From sequence record NC_019408.1: DNA of 64,000 nt; one strand, 5' to 3'. Below are positions 47,201 to 53,285 of the stretch, one piece after another. The notes below the pieces were generated by a model. It did not search any database. It was not told the origin of the DNA and saw only the letters and a list, made by a program, of their open reading frames with translations. Within the stretch, counting starts at the first letter, position 1, and each line of letters starts with the position of its first letter. Position numbers and translations under genes: made by a program.

Positions 47201-47976
47201 TGGCTATCCAGAACCCCCACTCCACCACGCCGGGCGTCATGCCCCACCTGACGCCGGGCGAGATCGGCGTCAACAAGGCCGATGACATCCTCTGGTTCCG
47301 GTCCGAGGGCCGCCGCGTGCCGATCATCCTGAGCGATCTGGATCGGGCGCCGCCGCTCGACGGCCTGACCGGCGCGCCGCTGACCCTGGAAGGTGGCCAG
47401 CCGATCTGGAACGCGCATCTGGCCCCGTCCTCCGTGGTCAATGGGCAGGTCAAGGTCGATCTGCCGCCGGCGACGGGCCTGCACGCCATGCCCAGCGTCC
47501 TGCTGCAAGGCCTGGGAGCCGATCGCGCCCTGGCGGCCAACGATCTGGACCTCTCGCCCTTCTACGTCCGGTCCGACTCCATCACCCTGACCCAGTTGGC
47601 GTTCAGCGTCCGCTCGGCGGGCGCGCCGGCCATGCGGGTGGGGATCGTCGACAGCTTCGGCGTGGTCCAGGCCGACATTCTGGTCGCCGCGCCCGTGGTG
47701 GGCGCCAACGTGGTCAACCTCTCGCCGGTGCTGACGCTCCAGCGCGGCGTCTACCGCACGATCCTGGCAACCACCGGCGCGGTGACGATCGGGGTGGTCA
47801 CGGGCGCGCGCATGGAGCAGGGCTGGGACATCATCGGGGACACGCCCTCCTTCATCCACGGCTACAGCGGCTCGAAGAACACCGGCGGGGGGATCGGCAG
47901 TTTGCCGGGCCTGACCGCGCGGCGCTCGGGCGTGCCGGGTCAGGATCATTCGGTCCTGATGCGCTGGACGGCGTAG
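47200..47976 (+). CDS. Fibre-associated protein
   Basis: TTPGVMPHLTPGEIGVNKADDILWF, same module. Confidence 0.7.
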   Translation: MAIQNPHSTTPGVMPHLTPGEIGVNKADDILWFRSEGRRVPIILSDLDRAPPLDGLTGAPLTLEGGQPIWNAHLAPSSVVNGQVKVDLPPATGLHAMPSVLLQGLGADRALAANDLDLSPFYVRSDSITLTQLAFSVRSAGAPAMRVGIVDSFGVVQADILVAAPVVGANVVNLSPVLTLQRGVYRTILATTGAVTIGVVTGARMEQGWDIIGDTPSFIHGYSGSKNTGGGIGSLPGLTARRSGVPGQDHSVLMRWTA

Positions 47977-48081
47977 TGGGGAGAGCCGGGTGGGGCTTTG
48001 TATCGCTGGGGGAGCGAGGGACGGGCCGCTCCCCGGCGGCCCACCCGCTCTTTATAGACGGCCCTTTCCCGGCCCGCAAGA

Positions 48082-48118
48082 CGTGAATCTTGACATGGTG
48101 GAAGATCGGGGTTAACCT
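48082..48118 (+). promoter_or_regulatory. CGTGAATC-TTGACA promoter
   Basis: TTGACA-N17-TAACCT. Confidence 0.75.
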
Positions 48119-48148
48119 GCGCGCTCATCTGGAGTTTCGAGCGCCACC

Positions 48149-48412
48149 ATGGCTGAGCTTGTCCGCATCTATCACCCTGAGACGAACGAGCCGTTCGACG
48201 TGATCCCGTCGACCGCCGAACGTCTGCGCCTGGGTGATGGTCCCGACGGGCTGGTCTGGCTCTCGCAGCCCTTCGAGCGCGTCGCTGTCGAAGCCGCGCC
48301 GGAAGCCCCCAAGGGGCGAGGTCGTAAGCGCGTCAGCGCGCCCGTCTCGGAAGAAGCCGAAGACGACGGGTGGCGTGACGTGCCGACCGAGGAAGATCGC
48401 GAAGCCGCGTAA
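48149..48412 (+). CDS. Hypothetical protein
   Basis: 87 aa; codon bias. Confidence 0.65.
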   Translation: MAELVRIYHPETNEPFDVIPSTAERLRLGDGPDGLVWLSQPFERVAVEAAPEAPKGRGRKRVSAPVSEEAEDDGWRDVPTEEDREAA

Positions 48413-48465
48413 GCCGCGTAAGGCGCTTCGTCTTCCACTCTGCTGAAATTCGGTCTCAGTCCCAT

Positions 48466-48541
48466 GTCGGTCTAGCTCATGGGGTAGAGCGGCGGTCTCC
48501 AAAACCGCGCGTGGCAGGTTCGAGTCCTGCGTCCGGCGCCA
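48466..48541 (+). tRNA. tRNA-Trp(CCA)
   Basis: GCGGT-CTCCAAA-ACCGC arm; TTCGA T-loop; encoded CCA. Confidence 0.9.
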
Positions 48542-48546
48542 TTTCG

Positions 48547-48620
48547 CATCCGTAGTATATAGGTGATTACAGCGCGTTGCCAACGCGTAGAGTCGGGTTC
48601 GAGTCCCGACGGATGCTCCA
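48547..48620 (+). tRNA. tRNA-Gly(GCC)
   Basis: GCGCG-TTGCCAA-CGCGT. Confidence 0.9.
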
Positions 48621-48624
48621 TTTC

Positions 48625-48698
48625 GCGGGTATAGCTCAAAGGGAGAGTTGCTGCCTTCCAAGCAGAAGATGCGAGTTCGAGCCTCGCTATCCGCTCCA
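48625..48698 (+). tRNA. tRNA-Gly(TCC)
   Basis: CTGC-CTTCCAA-GCAG. Confidence 0.9.
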
Positions 48699-49006
48699 AC
48701 CTCGTGGTGAGGTGAGAACGCCCTCCTCATGCACCGCTTCGGCGGTAAAGTAGGCTCCAGCCGAAGAGATGCGGGACCAGGGGACCCCGCCACCACGAAC
48801 GAAGTGCGCCCCAGGTACGCCTCTGACCGAGAAAGCCCGCTGGCCGTGGGTGAAGTGTATGGTCAAGCGTCTGGGTCCCCGTCCGCCAGGACCGGCGAAG
48901 GCCATATGCGCCGAATTCCTGGACCGGATCGTAGGAGGGGAGCGTTGGCGCCGGCCCAGCAGGGAAGGGTGAAGAGCCCAGCCGGCAATTTTCTTCAACA
49001 ACAAGC

Positions 49007-49035
49007 TTGACAGCCGTCGAGTTTCGTGAGAGCCT
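49007..49035 (+). promoter_or_regulatory. Sigma70-type promoter P1
   Basis: TTGACA..CGTCG....GTGAGAGC, nearly the same as P2. Confidence 0.7.
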
Positions 49036-49045
49036 CCTCAACATT

Positions 49046-49108
49046 ATGACGCACCTCCTCACCCGTTACGAACGCGAGGCCACCGGCCTCGATACCACCA
49101 CCGCCTAA
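49046..49108 (+). CDS. Candidate leader peptide MTHLLTRYEREATGLDTTTA
   Basis: Near-leaderless ATG after P1; stop codon lies in a hairpin loop; upstream of tRNA-Glu and tRNA-Asp. Confidence 0.5.
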   Translation: MTHLLTRYEREATGLDTTTA

Positions 49109-49140
49109 AAGCGGTTTTGGTCCGAGGCCTCTTGTGATGT

Positions 49141-49218
49141 GGCCCGGTCGTCTAGCGGTTTGCAGGATTCCTGACTTTCAATCAGGAGAGCGGAGTTCGA
49201 GTCTCCGTCGGGCTTCCA
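49141..49218 (+). tRNA. tRNA-Glu(TTC)
   Basis: CCTGA-CTTTCAA-TCAGG. Confidence 0.9.
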
Positions 49219-49243
49219 CACCCCCAACTCATCTCTGAGCTTT

Positions 49244-49318
49244 GGTGCCGTCGTATATGGGTTATTATCACCGGCTGTCTCCCGGTGGAAACGGGTTCGA
49301 GTCCCGTCGGCATCGCCA
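49244..49318 (+). tRNA. tRNA-Asp(GTC)
   Basis: ACCGG-CTGTCTC-CCGGT. Confidence 0.9.
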
Positions 49319-49381
49319 GCCCTCGCAGCAAATCCAGGTTCCAGCGCGGCTGTTCCGCGCGCCTGCATGCACGAGGCTACC

Positions 49382-49603
49382 ATGTTTTTCGATCCCTCCT
49401 CGCAGTCGAGCGACGCGCTCCTGCGCCACGTCTCCACCCAATCTCCGTATGCGGAAGCGGCTCGCACCGAGTTGCTGTCCCGAGGCCTCGTTCCGCTCCT
49501 GACGCGGTTCAACGGCTGGCGCCTCGCCCCGAGCGCGCCGTTTCCGCAGCACCTCATCCCGCGCCCCGATCCGCTCGCGAAGTACACGTGGCGGGCGGGA
49601 TGA
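49382..49603 (+). CDS. Hypothetical protein
   Basis: GAGG RBS; 73 aa. Confidence 0.5.
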   Translation: MFFDPSSQSSDALLRHVSTQSPYAEAARTELLSRGLVPLLTRFNGWRLAPSAPFPQHLIPRPDPLAKYTWRAG

Positions 49604-49622
49604 AAAATATTCACCACGACGC

Positions 49623-49651
49623 TTGACATCCGTCGGGAGTTGTGAGAGCTT
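49623..49651 (+). promoter_or_regulatory. Sigma70-type promoter P2
   Basis: TTGACATCCGTCGGGAGTTGTGAGAGCTT. Confidence 0.7.
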
Positions 49652-49744
49652 ATGGACTGTCACGGATCACGACACTCCTCGGAGTGCAAAAGCGTGATCC
49701 TTCGTTTTTCACGGCCGCCAGCGGGTGGCCAGTCGAGAGTTGTC

Positions 49745-49882
49745 ATGTTCGCCTTGTCGCATCTCAGCCTGAGCACGAAAGCCGCCTCCCCGGCGACGCT
49801 TTCGCTTGCCCTGCTGGCGACGGCCGCGAAGCCCTCGACCAAGCCGACCACCTCGGCCTCGCACTCGACGGAGACCCACTAG
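49745..49882 (+). CDS. Leader peptide of tRNA array A (45 aa)
   Basis: 42 of 44 codons after Met encode P/T/K/L/H/A/S, the amino acids of the 14 downstream tRNAs. Confidence 0.8.
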   Translation: MFALSHLSLSTKAASPATLSLALLATAAKPSTKPTTSASHSTETH

Positions 49883-49946
49883 GGCTCTCGTCTCGGGTGC
49901 AGGCCTTGGAGCCGCACCCGCTACCTACATCCTGTAGACCTAGCGC

Positions 49947-49985
49947 AAGGCGGCTCCTCACCAGGGAGACCGCCTTTTCTTTTTC
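49947..49985 (+). terminator. Attenuator terminator before array A
   Basis: AAGGCGGCTCC/GGAGACCGCCTT stem followed by TTCTTTTT. Confidence 0.85.
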
Positions 49986-49996
49986 GCGTTGATCAT

Positions 49997-50072
49997 CGGG
50001 GTGTAGCTCAGTCGGTAGAGCGCTCGGTTCGGGACCGAGAGGCCGTGGGTTCGAGTCCCGCCACCCAGACCA
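49997..50072 (+). tRNA. tRNA-Pro(CGG)
   Basis: CTCGG-TTCGGGA-CCGAG. Confidence 0.9.
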
Positions 50073-50079
50073 ACGCCAT

Positions 50080-50156
50080 CGGGATGTAGCTCAGTTTGGG
50101 AGAGCGCGCGGCTGGGGGCCGCGAGGCCGCAGGTTCAAGTCCTGCCACCCCGACCA
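50080..50156 (+). tRNA. tRNA-Pro(GGG)
   Basis: CGCGG-CTGGGGG-CCGCG. Confidence 0.9.
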
Positions 50157-50161
50157 ACAAC

Positions 50162-50234
50162 GCTGTTGCGCGTGGCTTCGCGCCCACCCCTTGGTATGGG
50201 GCGGTAGAAGGTTCAATTCCTTCCAGCAGCACCA
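50162..50234 (+). tRNA. tRNA-Thr(GGT), reduced D-arm
   Basis: CCCC-TTGGTAT-GGGG; GCTGTTG/CAGCAGC acceptor. Confidence 0.75.
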
Positions 50235-50239
50235 ACAAC

Positions 50240-50309
50240 GCCGATGCCTCTGGGAGGACGCGCCTTTCGTAAGGGTGCGAGGTGGGTTCAATCCCCACTT
50301 TCGGCTCCA
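50240..50309 (+). tRNA. tRNA-Thr(CGT), compact
   Basis: CGCGCCT-TTCGTAA-GGGTGCG; 3-nt D-loop. Confidence 0.72.
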
Positions 50310-50364
50310 TCAAACAGCCTGCGGGCTATATCGGAGATCAAGTTTCATAGCCTCCAGGCTATAT

Positions 50365-50451
50365 GGATGTGTCACCTCAGTGGCGAGAGGAACGGGCTCT
50401 TAATCCGTCAGCGCAAGCTCACCGTGGGTTCGAGTCCCACCACATCCTCCA
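50365..50451 (+). tRNA. tRNA-Lys(CTT), long variable arm
   Basis: ACGGG-CTCTTAA-TCCGT. Confidence 0.85.
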
Positions 50452-50456
50452 ACAAT

Positions 50457-50546
50457 GCACAAGTGACCCGAGCGGCGAAGGGCGTCGACTTTTAATCGAC
50501 TAGGCGTCCAGCCTCACCGAGGGTTCGAGTCCCTCCTTGTGCTCCA
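50457..50546 (+). tRNA. tRNA-Lys(TTT), long variable arm
   Basis: GTCGA-CTTTTAA-TCGAC. Confidence 0.85.
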
Positions 50547-50549
50547 TGT

Positions 50550-50636
50550 GCGAATGTGGCGGAACTGGTAGACGCGCCGGCCTCAGGTGCCGGTGCCCTT
50601 CGGGGCGTGTGGGTTCGAGTCCCACCTTTCGTACCA
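50550..50636 (+). tRNA. tRNA-Leu(CAG)
   Basis: CCGGC-CTCAGGT-GCCGG. Confidence 0.9.
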
Positions 50637-50643
50637 ACGACAT

Positions 50644-50731
50644 GCCTTGCTGGCGGAAGTGGTAGACGCACTGTTCTCAAAAAGCAGGCCGGGCGACCGG
50701 GCTCTGGGTTCGATCCCCAGGTGAGGCACCA
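50644..50731 (+). tRNA. tRNA-Leu(CAA)
   Basis: CTGTT-CTCAAAA-AGCAG. Confidence 0.9.
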
Positions 50732-50738
50732 AGACTGA

Positions 50739-50826
50739 TGCGAAGTGGCGGAAACTGGTAGACGCACCGGCATGAGAGGCCGGCGCCCTTCGGGGCGTGA
50801 GGGTTCGAGTCCCTTCTTCGCGACCA
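50739..50826 (+). tRNA. tRNA-Leu(GAG)
   Basis: CCGGC-ATGAGAG-GCCGG. Confidence 0.88.
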
Positions 50827-50906
50827 ATGTCCCGATCGGGAAGATTCCAGGCGGCGCGGCGCTCGCGACACCCGGATTTTCCCGATCGGGAAGACGACGA
50901 GATTAT

Positions 50907-50977
50907 GCTGATCGCCGCTGGGCGGGGAGCGGGTTGTGTCCCCGCTAGGCACGGTTCGATCCCGTGGGTCAGTACCA
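50907..50977 (+). tRNA. tRNA-His(GTG), compact, no G-1, A73
   Basis: AGCGGG-TTGTGTC-CCCGCT; absence of G-1 matches the Caulobacter-type tRNA-His. Confidence 0.75.
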
Positions 50978-50982
50978 GATAC

Positions 50983-51053
50983 GGGGTATGCGCAGGGCGC
51001 AGGCATCCTTTGCAAGGAAGTCGGGGTGGGTTCGAGTCCCACATACTCCACCA
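50983..51053 (+). tRNA. tRNA-Ala(TGC), compact D-arm
   Basis: CATCC-TTTGCAA-GGAAG; GGGGTAT/ATACTCC acceptor includes G3-U70. Confidence 0.75.
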
Positions 51054-51057
51054 ACAT

Positions 51058-51147
51058 GGAAGGTCAACCGGACAGGCGCGCCGGGACTGCCTCGAAAGCA
51101 GATCGCACTCTCCGGGGTGTGGGGATCGAGACCTCGGCCTTCCTCCA
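51058..51147 (+). tRNA. tRNA-Ser(CGA)
   Basis: CTGC-CTCGAAA-GCAG; long variable arm. Confidence 0.88.
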
Positions 51148-51151
51148 ATAT

Positions 51152-51241
51152 GGTGAGCGAACGGGACAGGCGTGCCCGGTCCGCCTGGAAAGCGCGACGC
51201 ACTCTCCGGGGTGTGGGATTCGAGTTCTCCGCTCACCGCCA
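51152..51241 (+). tRNA. tRNA-Ser(GGA)
   Basis: CGC-CTGGAAA-GCG; long variable arm. Confidence 0.88.
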
Positions 51242-51245
51242 ACAG

Positions 51246-51336
51246 GGTAGGCGAACCGGACAGGCGCGCCGGCGCCGTTTGCTAAACGAGCGGCACTCTC
51301 CGGGGGTGTGGGATTCAAGCTCTCCGCCTACCGCCA
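51246..51336 (+). tRNA. tRNA-Ser(GCT)
   Basis: CGT-TTGCTAA-ACG; long variable arm. Confidence 0.88.
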
Positions 51337-51612
51337 TTTTGATGTTGACGCCGGCCAGCACCGATGTCATACGTCACGACAGAGCCAACGCCCTCGGCCG
51401 GGTTGGTGGATGTGCCGGTTGCATCGCGCCCCGTCGAGCCCTAGTAGCTCTTGCCGTGGAGTTTTCCGCCTCCCTCCCAGACAAGGAGGCGGACCCCTAC
51501 ATCGCGATCCAGTGATCGTCGGCGACGGGCGCCGTCAGAGCCCCTTGCGCGCGGGAACGCTGCGGAGGGGATCGTCCCGACCACATTTTTCGACCCACGT
51601 TAACTTTTCTTC

Positions 51613-51641
51613 TTGACCTTCCCGAAAACGTAGTGTAGCTT
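51613..51641 (+). promoter_or_regulatory. Sigma70-type promoter P3
   Basis: TTGACC-N17-TAGCTT; predicted start site about 51648, so the ATG is leaderless. Confidence 0.75.
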
Positions 51642-51648
51642 TCCCGTC

Positions 51649-51744
51649 ATGAGCAAGTCGTACCGTCAATTCGTGCAGATTCAGGTCGTCCGGAATTTCC
51701 GGGCGGGCCGTTCGCGCATGGATGATGGCGGGACCTTTATCTAG
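51649..51744 (+). CDS. Leader peptide of tRNA array B (31 aa)
   Basis: Codons 5-18 (YRQFVQIQVVRNFR) are all read by tRNAs of the downstream array. Confidence 0.8.
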   Translation: MSKSYRQFVQIQVVRNFRAGRSRMDDGGTFI

Positions 51745-51770
51745 GTCCAGACACCTCAACCCAATTCGCG

Positions 51771-51810
51771 AAAGGCCCGCCTGGACACCCAGGCGGGCCT
51801 TTTTCTTTTT
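51771..51810 (+). terminator. Attenuator terminator before array B
   Basis: AAAGGCCCGCCTGG-ACAC-CCAGGCGGGCCTTT followed by TTCTTTTT. Confidence 0.9.
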
Positions 51811-51867
51811 CCGTTTCGCTGATCCGCAGGAGATCGCAGATGAACAACGGGGGCTAGTCCTCCACAT

Positions 51868-51952
51868 GGATGCTTAAAGCTGGAGGGCTCCAGCCGGGGG
51901 CTGTAAACCCCCTCTCTTCGGAGGAGTGGTTCGATCCCACAAGCATCCACCA
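51868..51952 (+). tRNA. tRNA-Tyr(GTA)
   Basis: GGGGG-CTGTAAA-CCCCC; long variable arm. Confidence 0.88.
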
Positions 51953-51957
51953 ATCAT

Positions 51958-52033
51958 GGACTCGTAGCTCAGCAGGTAGAGCGCCGGCTTGAAACCCCGG
52001 AGGTCGGAGGTTCGATTCCTCCCGTTTCCACCA
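51958..52033 (+). tRNA. tRNA-Phe(GAA)
   Basis: Canonical spacing gives loop TTGAAAC; C31-C39 mismatch. Confidence 0.85.
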
Positions 52034-52038
52034 ACAAC

Positions 52039-52114
52039 GCCCGATGAGCCAGATGGGAAGGCACCGCTTTGACATGGCGGCATTGAGAAGGTTCGATTCC
52101 TTCATCAGGCACCA
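52039..52114 (+). tRNA. tRNA-Val(GAC)
   Basis: CCGCT-TTGACAT-GGCGG. Confidence 0.88.
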
Positions 52115-52119
52115 ACCAC

Positions 52120-52195
52120 GCAAGTGTAGCTCAGTTGGTAGAGCAGCGGACCGATAATCCGCCCGTCCCTGGTTCGAGTCCAGGCATTTGCACCA
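52120..52195 (+). tRNA. tRNA-Ile(GAT)
   Basis: GCGGA-CCGATAA-TCCGC (C33). Confidence 0.88.
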
Positions 52196-52202
52196 TTTCT
52201 GA

Positions 52203-52278
52203 TGTGGCATAGCTCAGGGGTCAGAGCGCGCGCTTGATAAGCGTGAGGTCGGTGGTTCGAGACCACCTGTCACTACCA
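52203..52278 (+). tRNA. tRNA-Ile(GAT)
   Basis: CGCGC-TTGATAA-GCGTG. Confidence 0.88.
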
Positions 52279-52312
52279 ATTCCCAGGCCCGGTGGAGATG
52301 CGCCGGTTCTGT

Positions 52313-52386
52313 AGGCGATTAGCTCAATGGTAGAGCAGGGGTGCCACATACCTCGGTCGTAGGTTCGATTCCTACATCGCCCACCA
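52313..52386 (+). tRNA. tRNA-Val(CAC), atypical G32/C33
   Basis: GGGGT-GCCACAT-ACCTC. Confidence 0.78.
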
Positions 52387-52392
52387 ACATGT

Positions 52393-52466
52393 TGAGGGTT
52401 CGTCTAACGGTAGGACGCCTGGGTCTGGTCCAGGTAATCTAGGTTCGAGTCCTAGCCCCTCATCCA
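52393..52466 (+). tRNA. tRNA-Gln(CTG)
   Basis: CCTGG-GTCTGGT-CCAGG. Confidence 0.88.
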
Positions 52467-52472
52467 AGTTGT

Positions 52473-52547
52473 TCTCGGGTCGTCTAATGGTAAGACATCT
52501 GGTTTTGGTCCAGAGGATTGGGGTTCGATTCCTTGGCCGAGAGCCAA
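52473..52547 (+). tRNA. tRNA-Gln(TTG)
   Basis: TCTGG-TTTTGGT-CCAGA. Confidence 0.88.
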
Positions 52548-52563
52548 CTGCTTTAGAGTTCAT

Positions 52564-52637
52564 TCCAGTCAATGCACAAGGTGTGCAGCGGCACTGTTAA
52601 TGCCTGTGAGCCCGGTTCGATTCCGGGGTCTGGAGCC
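52564..52637 (+). tRNA. tRNA-Asn(GTT)
   Basis: GGCA-CTGTTAA-TGCC. Confidence 0.88.
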
Positions 52638-52663
52638 AACACGCCGGCCAAGGCCGGTCATGC

Positions 52664-52746
52664 GCCCTGGTAACCGAGGGGGATTACGAATCCCTTAGTC
52701 GTAGCAGGAGTTGAAAAGGGTGGTTCGAATCCACTCCAGGGTGCCA
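52664..52746 (+). tRNA. tRNA-Arg(ACG)-like, no D-arm, long variable region
   Basis: GCCCTGG/CCAGGGT acceptor; GGGA-TTACGAA-TCCC; intact T-arm and CCA. Confidence 0.6.
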
Positions 52747-52753
52747 AATCTAT

Positions 52754-52836
52754 AGCGCGCAGGCCGATCAGGATCATCGTCAGGCGTCGCCCTCCGAAGG
52801 CGAAGAGGCCCGGTTCGAGTCCGGGGCGCGCTGCCA
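52754..52836 (+). tRNA. tRNA-Arg(CCG), enlarged D-loop
   Basis: TCGCC-CTCCGAA-GGCGA. Confidence 0.8.
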
Positions 52837-52839
52837 ACT

Positions 52840-52917
52840 GCGCGGGTAGCTCAACGGAACCAGAGCAGCCGTCTTCTACACGGTGGGTTGGGGGTTCGAG
52901 TCCCTCCCCGTGCGCCA
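52840..52917 (+). tRNA. tRNA-Arg(TCT)
   Basis: GCCGT-CTTCTAC-ACGGT. Confidence 0.88.
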
Positions 52918-53254
52918 AAACTTGACGGGCAATGCCGAATCGCCCAACTTCGACCCTGGCTCTCGGTGGGCCACGATTGCACGCCGTCGGTGCCCTGGCC
53001 GTACACCCAGGGAGCAGCCCGGCGGCGTTCCAACACGGTTTCTGGACGATCTTCGAACGCGGCTTGCCGTGGAGGGGTGCTGGATAGGGCCGAGGTAGGA
53101 GGAACCATCGAGCATCTCCTAATCCCGGCCTGGGCCTCCTGGGGGCTCCGCTGGGTCGATCAGGGCCTGACCCGACCCCGGAGATGCGCCGACCTAGATC
53201 ACCCAGGATCGCTGGGTCGGTTGAAAGGGTCTGAAATTTTCTGGCTCCTATGTG

Positions 53255-53285
53255 TTGACACGCATTTCGGAGCCGGCTACAACCC
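53255..53285 (+). promoter_or_regulatory. Sigma70 promoter with no downstream ORF
   Basis: TTGACA-N17-TACAAC (GCTACAAC). Confidence 0.7.

Noticed and set aside
48234-48446. ORF beginning MMVPTGWSG as a leader for the Trp/Gly tRNAs
   Set aside because: It overlaps the better-coded 48149-48412 gene, and no terminator lies before the tRNAs.
48699-49135. tmRNA, RNase P RNA or self-splicing intron in the tRNA spacer
   Set aside because: No tRNA-like ends with a tag ending in AA, no RNase P GAGGAAAGUCC motif, and no group I P7 or group II domain V motif were found by eye.
49652-49744. Upstream in-frame ATG for the array A leader
   Set aside because: It lies at or before the predicted start site, and the extension lacks the codon bias that begins at ATG 49745.
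50983-51053. Reading this tRNA as Cys(GCA)
   Set aside because: The shifted anticodon stem pairs poorly, and G3-U70 indicates Ala.
51958-52033. Reading this tRNA as Ser(TGA)
   Set aside because: Canonical arm spacing places GAA at positions 34-36, and there is no long variable arm.
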